From contig JAJXZU010000164.1 of the NCBI GenBank assembly GCA_021779895.1, positions 1 to 25,733 of the forward strand: DNA of 25,733 nucleotides, given 5' to 3'. Made by a program: the position numbers and the translations under genes. Below the pieces are notes generated by a model. The model was not told the DNA's origin. It made no database searches and saw only the letters and a program-made list of their open reading frames with translations. Origin of the DNA: a bacterium. Its GTDB lineage: Bacteria; SZUA-79; Acidulodesulfobacterales; Acidulodesulfobacteraceae. Shown in pieces: positions 16,235-23,075 of this stretch; the first letter of the stretch is position 1, and each line of letters begins with the position of its first letter.

Positions 16235-17485
16235 TTATTTTTTCGTTATAAAAAAAACCGTTTTTTTTGACGAAACCGTTTTCCCTTTTGAATTTAAAAT
16301 CAGGAAATCTACCGGATAAGGTCCAATTTTTAATTTTTTCCCCGTATTTCCGGCCTTGCGTATATAAAGCACGGGATAAGCGGTTACGCTTTCGTGAGAC
16401 TTTATATTCATGGAGCCGCCGGAAAAGAAATACAGTTTTAAGTCTTTGCTAACGGCTTTTAAAGTCAAATGCTTTGTTTTATCGGAGGCATTTTCGACTA
16501 TAAGCTTATACTTGTTCGCGATAATTTTATCGTTTGATATAAAAGCTTGATTTTTATTAAATATTGATTGATTTAAATAATGGTAATTAGAAAATTTAGC
16601 GATGAATATTACAAACGACCCTATCAATAAAAACAATGCAATGGATACCTTATAAAAAAAAGGCCTGTTTTTGGCTTGATTTTTTTTATCTTCTTCCAGC
16701 CCAAAGGAATAAAGCAGATTTTTTCCTTCTTCATTCCGCGAGCCGAACCTTTCCCTGCAGGCATCTATGCAGTATCCGCAGTTAACGCATTGAATCTGTG
16801 AGGTTTTTTTTCTGGGGTCTATTTTCATAAAACAGGCATCCGTGCAATTAGAACAGTCTTTGCATAAAGTATTATCGACCGGCTTGTATTCTATCCTTAA
16901 AGTTCTTGAGTCGTTAAACAGAAACTGGATAAAACCGTAAGGGCAGGCATAGATACAATATTTATGCCTTAACAGAACCATATCGAATATTATTAAAGCC
17001 GTAACTGCTCCCGCAATGAGCCACAAATACGGGGTAAGGTAATTCGGTTCCAGAAAAGCATGCTTTATAATCAAGGTCGGGGGGACAAAATACGCGATTA
17101 AATTAAACCCTATAAAGAGCGACAATACCGTCATAAAAATTAAAACCGACGCATATATAACCGGCTTTGAAACAGCGCCAGCCCTTTTTTTAATATAACT
17201 GAACAGCCCTTCGAAAATCTGCGATAATATGGTCTGCGGACAGATAAATCCGCAATATACCCTACCAAAGACTATGGAAACAAAAATAAAAGCAAATAAA
17301 ATAAAAAGCAGAAAAAGCCATAAAACGTAAAATTCGTTAATGAAATAATACCTGCCGAATAAAACGATGGTTCCTTTCAATACGTTCATTCTGATTATAT
17401 TAAGGACGGGAGCGGCTATAATAAACAGCGTGGAAATTACTAATAATATCTTGCTTATAAGTTTTATACTTATATTATATTTCAT
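16235..17485 (-). CDS. ccoG: CcoG/FixG/RdxA-like 4Fe-4S membrane protein, paralog 1
   Basis: FGRVYCGFICPQT, RHKYCIYACPYG, CKDCSNCTDAC, CVNCGYCIDAC, C-terminal Ig-like domain; cco context. Confidence 0.8.
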   Translation of the reverse strand: MKYNISIKLISKILLVISTLFIIAAPVLNIIRMNVLKGTIVLFGRYYFINEFYVLWLFLLFILFAFIFVSIVFGRVYCGFICPQTILSQIFEGLFSYIKKRAGAVSKPVIYASVLIFMTVLSLFIGFNLIAYFVPPTLIIKHAFLEPNYLTPYLWLIAGAVTALIIFDMVLLRHKYCIYACPYGFIQFLFNDSRTLRIEYKPVDNTLCKDCSNCTDACFMKIDPRKKTSQIQCVNCGYCIDACRERFGSRNEEGKNLLYSFGLEEDKKNQAKNRPFFYKVSIALFLLIGSFVIFIAKFSNYHYLNQSIFNKNQAFISNDKIIANKYKLIVENASDKTKHLTLKAVSKDLKLYFFSGGSMNIKSHESVTAYPVLYIRKAGNTGKKLKIGPYPVDFLILNSKGKTVSSKKTVFFITKK

Positions 17486-17581
17486 ATATCTATATACTCC
17501 TATACATCATAGAAACCAAACCCCGCCCCGATTCAATTCCGGTTTATTTTTTTTAGAAATGTTTTATACGGATAATGCATC

Positions 17582-17630
17582 CTGCGGCGGAGTATCCCGT
17601 CCGAGTTCGATGCGGGGTAATCCGCCGCAG
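17582..17630. other. GC-rich intergenic stem-loop (mRNA processing/attenuation element or REP-like palindrome)
   Basis: CTGCGGCGGA (17582-17591) / TCCGCCGCAG (17621-17630) perfect 10-bp stem, extended by an imperfect inner stem; no U tract on either strand. Confidence 0.6.
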
Positions 17631-17670
17631 AAGCAGAAGCGTTAAAGAAAGCGATAAAAAAATTACGGAC

Positions 17671-17805
17671 TTACCAGTAAAGATATAAGTAAACAACTCC
17701 CCAGATAACAAGCCCTGCAATGACGAACATAAGCCAGACGGGCATTGCTCCGTGTCCGGCGCTTACCTCGATGTTTGAGGATTCTTCGGAATGACTCTCG
17801 CTCAT
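17671..17805 (-). CDS. 44-aa single-TM microprotein resembling a stand-alone CcoP N-terminal helix (or a CcoQ-like subunit)
   Basis: Manual translation MSESHSEESSNIEVSAGHGAMPVWLMFVIAGLVIWGVVYLYLYW; GGAGG RBS 6 nt upstream; below the ORF-track cutoff. Confidence 0.8.
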   Translation of the reverse strand: MSESHSEESSNIEVSAGHGAMPVWLMFVIAGLVIWGVVYLYLYW

Positions 17806-17854
17806 AATAAAACCTCCATACTTTTAAATTAAAATAAAAATAACGTATAAAAAA

Positions 17855-18016
17855 TTAATGCCTTAATTTAGCGCTTCGTTCTTCGTTTTTAAGCATTCTT
17901 TTCGCTATCTCTTCAGGGTTTTTAAACTGTCCGGTTTTTATGCCCCAGTATAATAAAAAGAAAAAGCCGAGACCCATAAAAAGACTCATAAGAATAAGTA
18001 TAAGATAAAAAAACAT
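17855..18016 (-). CDS. ccoS: cbb3 oxidase assembly protein CcoS
   Basis: Manual translation MFFYLILILMSLFMGLGFFFLLYWGIKTGQFKNPEEIAKRMLKNEERSAKLRH (53 aa); W..K.GQF...E..A.RM motif; directly after ccoI with a GGGGGTG RBS. Confidence 0.85.
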   Translation of the reverse strand: MFFYLILILMSLFMGLGFFFLLYWGIKTGQFKNPEEIAKRMLKNEERSAKLRH

Positions 18017-18022
18017 TCTGAT

Positions 18023-20569
18023 TCACCCCCTTATCGTATTTAATATTGTTTCTTGAATTATTTTCTCGCCCTGCGTTTTTGCGGCGCGGCTTTTTTTAAC
18101 CCGGCGTATCTTTAAAGAATTCAGGGTTATAAAAATGCTGGATGCCATCATGGAAATTGCCGCGCTTAAAGGATTTAATATTCCTATAACCGCCAAAGGT
18201 ATGGCGATAAAATTATATATAAAAGAAAATAAAAGATTTTCCTTTATAACCTTTTTAACGCCGGAAGAAATTTTAAATAATTTTATAATGGATTTTAAAT
18301 TTCCGTTTAATAAAACCGCGTTTGAGCGGTTAAAAGGAATTTCGTATTTGGAAGGAGAAAGAATAGAAACGTCGGCTTCCTCCATTGCGGGAATATCGTT
18401 TAACCCGTCTCCGACAAACACGACCGTTCCGCTCTTTTTACCGTTTTTCAAGTTTTTTATAAATCCCAGTTTGTCTTCCGGCTTCATTTTAAAATATGCG
18501 TTTCCGGCGGGTATCCCGACTGACGAAGCAATAAAATTAACGGCGGGTTCGTTATCTCCGCTAAGCATTATAACCTTTTTTCCGGCATTGCGAATTTCTT
18601 TTACCGCCTCTAACGCGCCGTCTTTTATTCTGTCTGAAATCACGAAAAAGCATTTTAATTCATTCCTTATGCTTAAATAAACCGCCGTCGCACCTTCTTT
18701 TTCATATATATACGCTTTTTTAGATATCTCTTCCCCGACTGTTATGCCTTTTATCCTTAAAAATTCTTCGTTTCCTATGAAAACATCCGAATTTCTATAT
18801 TTTGCGCTGACGCCGTACCCGGCTTTAAATATAATATCCGAAATATCTTCTTCCCTTAAGTCGTTCCCCGCCTTTATTTTAAATGCTTCGGCTATTCTGT
18901 CGGAAATATTTTTTTCTATTAATCCCGCGATTTGCATAAATTCTTCTTTTAGACGATTCTGATTTAAATTGTCTGCGTAAGCCGTAAGAACAACTTCTTT
19001 TACAGACGGCAGCCCTTCGGTTATAGTCCCCGTTTTATCGAAAACGACCGTGTCCGCTTTATTTAAAATTTCAAACGTTTCCGCCCCGTTTATTAAGATA
19101 TCGTCTTTCTGTATTTTCGATATGGCGTTTGTTATAACTAATGGGGCGGCAAGACCGAAAGCGCACGGGCAAGCCACGACAAGCACCGAGATAAATCTGG
19201 TTACGGATAAATCAAGATTGTTCGTAAAAAAATAATAAAAAAGAAAAGTTAAAAAAGAAACGCCTACTATAACGGGCACAAAAATTTTAGATATTTCGTC
19301 TATGTATCTTAACGGCTCTATTTTCATATTATATGCCTTTTCGGCAAATCTTATCATTTTAAAAAGATAACTTTTATAAACTTCCGCCGCCGCTTTTATT
19401 TTTATTGTTCCGCCTTTATTGATAGAACCGGCAAAGACTTTTTCGCCCGATTTCTTATTTGCGGACAGCGGCTCTCCGCTGAACATAGATTCGTCAACCG
19501 TCGCATATTCGGAAATAAGCTTTCCGTCGGCGGGTATAGGCTCTCCGGCTTTAACTGACAATACGTCGCCGGCTTTAACGTCTTTTACATCGACGTCTTT
19601 TTCTATGCCGTCCGCATCTAATACTGCCGCAAAATCCGGTTTCAGGCGCGTTAAGTTATGGAGCCCCGAAAGCGAAGACCTTTTAGCCGAAGCCTCGAGA
19701 AACTTGCCGAAGGTAATTAAAATCAGTATCATGGCCGCCGTGTCGAAAAATACTCCGGAACTTTTTTTATAAAATCCGAAAGTAATAAAAGAACTGTAAA
19801 TATACGCGGATAAGACTCCGATAGAAATTAAAGTATCCGAATTATATGTAAATGAAACGAGCTTTTTAAACGCGCTCTTAAATATCGGATAACCTACGAC
19901 TAAAACTATCGCGGAGGTAAAAGTCCATAAAATAAAATGACTGTAGTTTACGATTTGGCTCCTAAGCTTTAAAAAATATTTAGAGTACAGCAGCAGCGAA
20001 AATACCATTATATTCATAGACATAAAAACGCCGAACCCGAATCTGGCGAGCAGGGAATAAGATTCTTCTTTAAGATTATCGTAGCTGTCGTCATACTCGG
20101 AAATGGAATATCCCAATTTTTTTAAAACGTTTTTTATGTTTTTTATATTAGATTCATTTTTGTCTAAATTAAGCGTAACCGTATGGCTAACCGGATTTAC
20201 TTTTGCGCTTATAACGTTTTCCTGAAGCTCCAGCGCTTTTTCGATTACCGGAATGCAGGAAGTGCATGTTACTCCTTTAATGCCGAAACTTATTTGATTT
20301 CCCGATACGTACAAAGCTGTGTAATCTTTGTCTTTTTTAAAAATAGGCACCCGACCCCTTAATTCAATATCGTTAATAATATAATCGGATATAGAACTTT
20401 CACCGTCTCCAAGGGTCAGGTATCCTATTTTACAGCCGTAACAGCAGAAGTTTAACATATAGGGGGGTGTTTCAACCTCCGCGGTTACTGGCCGTTTAAC
20501 TTTCGCCCCGCAAAAATCGCAGCTTGCGGGTTTTTGTTTTTCTTTTATTTTGTTTATAAAATCAAACAT
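18023..20569 (-). CDS. ccoI: Cu+-translocating P1B-type ATPase CcoI/FixI
   Basis: N-terminal CDFCG..FCCYGC, HMA motif CTSC, TM CPC, DKTGT, GDGLND, YN and MMASS motifs. Confidence 0.9.
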   Translation of the reverse strand: MFDFINKIKEKQKPASCDFCGAKVKRPVTAEVETPPYMLNFCCYGCKIGYLTLGDGESSISDYIINDIELRGRVPIFKKDKDYTALYVSGNQISFGIKGVTCTSCIPVIEKALELQENVISAKVNPVSHTVTLNLDKNESNIKNIKNVLKKLGYSISEYDDSYDNLKEESYSLLARFGFGVFMSMNIMVFSLLLYSKYFLKLRSQIVNYSHFILWTFTSAIVLVVGYPIFKSAFKKLVSFTYNSDTLISIGVLSAYIYSSFITFGFYKKSSGVFFDTAAMILILITFGKFLEASAKRSSLSGLHNLTRLKPDFAAVLDADGIEKDVDVKDVKAGDVLSVKAGEPIPADGKLISEYATVDESMFSGEPLSANKKSGEKVFAGSINKGGTIKIKAAAEVYKSYLFKMIRFAEKAYNMKIEPLRYIDEISKIFVPVIVGVSFLTFLFYYFFTNNLDLSVTRFISVLVVACPCAFGLAAPLVITNAISKIQKDDILINGAETFEILNKADTVVFDKTGTITEGLPSVKEVVLTAYADNLNQNRLKEEFMQIAGLIEKNISDRIAEAFKIKAGNDLREEDISDIIFKAGYGVSAKYRNSDVFIGNEEFLRIKGITVGEEISKKAYIYEKEGATAVYLSIRNELKCFFVISDRIKDGALEAVKEIRNAGKKVIMLSGDNEPAVNFIASSVGIPAGNAYFKMKPEDKLGFIKNLKNGKKSGTVVFVGDGLNDIPAMEEADVSILSPSKYEIPFNRSNAVLLNGNLKSIIKLFKISSGVKKVIKENLLFSFIYNFIAIPLAVIGILNPLSAAISMMASSIFITLNSLKIRRVKKSRAAKTQGEKIIQETILNTIRG

Positions 20570-20580
20570 AATTTAGCGTT

Positions 20581-21468
20581 TTACGCTGTTTTTTTCTGCG
20601 AAAAAGTTTTAATGTAATACAATACTTGCCATATCTGATTCGGCTTTAACGCTGTAGCCCATTCCGGCATAGAAGTATGCGGAACTCCCTGGGCTATTCT
20701 GTTATATACGTCTTTATCCTTAGAACCGTACTTTTTAATCCATTTGCCGGACGTAAAATTCCACGGTTTAGGAGTTAGGCTTGCCGCGGCCGGACCGTTT
20801 CCGTCGCCCTTAATTCCGTGGCAGCCCTGGCAGTTTGCATTATAAATTTTCATGCCTTCCTGCGCGGCCTGTGGCGAATTAGTAACAACCGCCGAAACTG
20901 CGCTTACCTGTGCGGCTTTATACTGCCAGTAGCTCTTATCCCCTGTCCCTTCGGCAACGTCGGTTCCCAAAGTCTGAAGATATGCTACGAGTTCGACGGC
21001 TCTTTTCGTCGGCTTGGCTGCGCTTCCGTTAAACAGCCACGGATAAGCCTGCATTATCGTGCCGGGCGAAACGGAATTCGGGTCGTACAAGTGCGCGTAT
21101 TGCCAGTCATTTGTATGTTTTCCGCCCTCGTCCGATAAATCCGGACCTATTCTTCTTTTACCCATAAGCATAGGCAGCTGATAATTATAAGTTCCCGCCT
21201 GCGCAACAGGACCGTAATACTGTTTTTCGCCCGAAACGGGCCTTACGAATTGCGAATGGCATACCCAGCATCCTTCGTGAATATAGACTAATCTGCCTTT
21301 TGCCGCAAGTCCCGTAATTTCACGGACGGGTTCCGGCTTTCCCTTTAAGTTTATTATCGTATGAGTGCTTTGTTTCGGCTGAAGCCAAGGAATAATACCG
21401 ACTACGACGAATCCTAAGAGGAAAAATCCAAAGCCGGCTATTAATATGACGTTACCGCTCCTTTTCAT
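20581..21468 (-). CDS. ccoO: cbb3 oxidase subunit II (CcoO) fused to a second class I cytochrome c domain
   Basis: One N-terminal TM; EGCWVCHSQFVRP, RIGPDL, HLYDP...PG.IM; second heme site CQGCH...SMPEW. Confidence 0.9.
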   Translation of the reverse strand: MKRSGNVILIAGFGFFLLGFVVVGIIPWLQPKQSTHTIINLKGKPEPVREITGLAAKGRLVYIHEGCWVCHSQFVRPVSGEKQYYGPVAQAGTYNYQLPMLMGKRRIGPDLSDEGGKHTNDWQYAHLYDPNSVSPGTIMQAYPWLFNGSAAKPTKRAVELVAYLQTLGTDVAEGTGDKSYWQYKAAQVSAVSAVVTNSPQAAQEGMKIYNANCQGCHGIKGDGNGPAAASLTPKPWNFTSGKWIKKYGSKDKDVYNRIAQGVPHTSMPEWATALKPNQIWQVLYYIKTFSQKKTA

Positions 21469-21516
21469 AAATTTATCTCCTTACTTAAATTTTTTAATTT
21501 TCGAATAAACCCGCTA

Positions 21517-22869
21517 TTAATCTGCCTGCACCGACTCTTTATTTGTTTTCCACATATTATAGAGCAAAACAAAAAAGCTCAGCACCATCATAGCTCCGGC
21601 AACCGTCCTTATAACCCAATAAGGCTGAATGTCCCATACGGTATTAAGAAACGGCACCTGCGCTATCCACAGTATGCCCTGAATTAATCCCGCCGCCCAT
21701 AAAACCATAGCCATAATGGAAAAGCCGACAAAACCCAGCCAAAAATGCCAGTTGCCGAGTTTTTTGTCCATTTCTTTTCCAGAAACGATAGGCCACATCA
21801 AATATATCGCCGCCATTATGAACAAAGAAAAGGCGCCGTATAATGCCATATGGGCATGTCCTACGACCCAGTCGGTAAAGTGGATAATTTTTTGCATAGA
21901 CCTTAAACTTTGCATAGGGCCTTGAAAACAGGTAAGAAGATAAAATACCGAACCTAAGATTACAAATTTAACCGCTATATTTTCCGTCAGCTTCGTCCAT
22001 TTCCCTTTCATAGTTCCGAAAAAGTTGGTAATAACGACCCAGACCGGTATAATTAGAAGCATACTGGTAACGATAGAAATAGTCTGCACCCATCTTGGAA
22101 TAGGACTGTAAAGGTAGTGGTGCGCGCCTGTGAACGGATAAATAAAAGCAAGCGCAAAAAATCCTATTATGGAAAGCTTATGCGAATAAATCGGCTTATC
22201 CGTGCCGATGGGAAGAACATAATACGCAATAGCAAGACCTAAAGGCGTAACCATCATTCCGACTACGTTATGGAAATAAAAACCGCTTAACATAGCGCCT
22301 TCCGTTCCGGTTGCCCAATAGTAGGGAATCCAGTTCCCGATTATATAATTAAGCGCGGACCAGACTATACCCGCCATTAAATACCATAAGCTGACGTAAA
22401 GCTGATTTTCCTGCCTCGTAAAAATAGTTCCGAAAATGTTAATGGCATAAATAACAACCGCCACTACTACTATATAATTAATCCATATAGGAATTTCGGC
22501 ATAAGGCAGCCCCTTATTATTACCCAATAAAAATTCTATTACCGCCGCTACGACTATAAAATTCCATAAAAAATAAAGAAGCCATGCGCCTCCGACCCAG
22601 AATAATTTTTGGCGGGTAAGCCTCGGCACGTAATAATAAGAAACTCCGAAAAAACCGGTAAAAAGCCATGCAAACGCAACTCCGTTGACGTGAATCATCT
22701 GCAGTCTCGGAAACGCAAAATACGGAATATTGTTTAAAAATGCGGGCCACCAAAATTTAATAGAAAGCAGAAAACCGACGGTCGTCGCAATGCACAGCCA
22801 TATAACCGCCGTAAATAAATAAGTCTTTACAAGACCTTTGTCGACATAACTGTCCAATGACTCTTCCAT
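21517..22869 (-). CDS. ccoN: cbb3-type (C-family) heme-copper oxidase subunit I, variant
   Basis: About 12 TM; HVNG (low-spin heme His), FYFHN, IYPFTGAHH (helix VII Tyr plus CuB His-His), WVVGHAH, YSHKLS. Confidence 0.9.
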   Translation of the reverse strand: MEESLDSYVDKGLVKTYLFTAVIWLCIATTVGFLLSIKFWWPAFLNNIPYFAFPRLQMIHVNGVAFAWLFTGFFGVSYYYVPRLTRQKLFWVGGAWLLYFLWNFIVVAAVIEFLLGNNKGLPYAEIPIWINYIVVVAVVIYAINIFGTIFTRQENQLYVSLWYLMAGIVWSALNYIIGNWIPYYWATGTEGAMLSGFYFHNVVGMMVTPLGLAIAYYVLPIGTDKPIYSHKLSIIGFFALAFIYPFTGAHHYLYSPIPRWVQTISIVTSMLLIIPVWVVITNFFGTMKGKWTKLTENIAVKFVILGSVFYLLTCFQGPMQSLRSMQKIIHFTDWVVGHAHMALYGAFSLFIMAAIYLMWPIVSGKEMDKKLGNWHFWLGFVGFSIMAMVLWAAGLIQGILWIAQVPFLNTVWDIQPYWVIRTVAGAMMVLSFFVLLYNMWKTNKESVQAD

Positions 22870-23015
22870 AAAAACTCCTTAAAGTTTAAATAAATAATTA
22901 GACTAATAAAAAATAGAAAATGCGATAAACTCCGCTTTGTTCACCTCCATATTATATAAATTTTATAACTTTGTTATATTTTTAATTTAAGATTAATATA
23001 ATCCTATTTATCTTA

Positions 23016-23043
23016 TTTATATCACTTGTAAAAATTTTGTCAA
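23016..23043 (-). promoter_or_regulatory. Possible sigma70 promoter for the cco operon
   Basis: Minus-strand TTGACA (23043-23038), 16 bp, extended -10 TG-A-TATAAA (23024-23016); no TGTGA-N6-TCACA box nearby. Confidence 0.45.
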
Positions 23044-23075
23044 GAAAAAAATAATGGTGCAACGGAAGAGAAGGA

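Noticed and set aside
22905-22950. 15-codon ORF (MEVNKAEFIAFSIFY) upstream of ccoN containing a GGAGG
   Set aside because: Too short, no RBS before its own ATG, and no start codon correctly spaced after the GGAGG.
22870-23075. Genomic-island boundary next to polA
   Set aside because: No integrase, transposase, tRNA or direct repeats are visible; mobility cannot be supported from this window.
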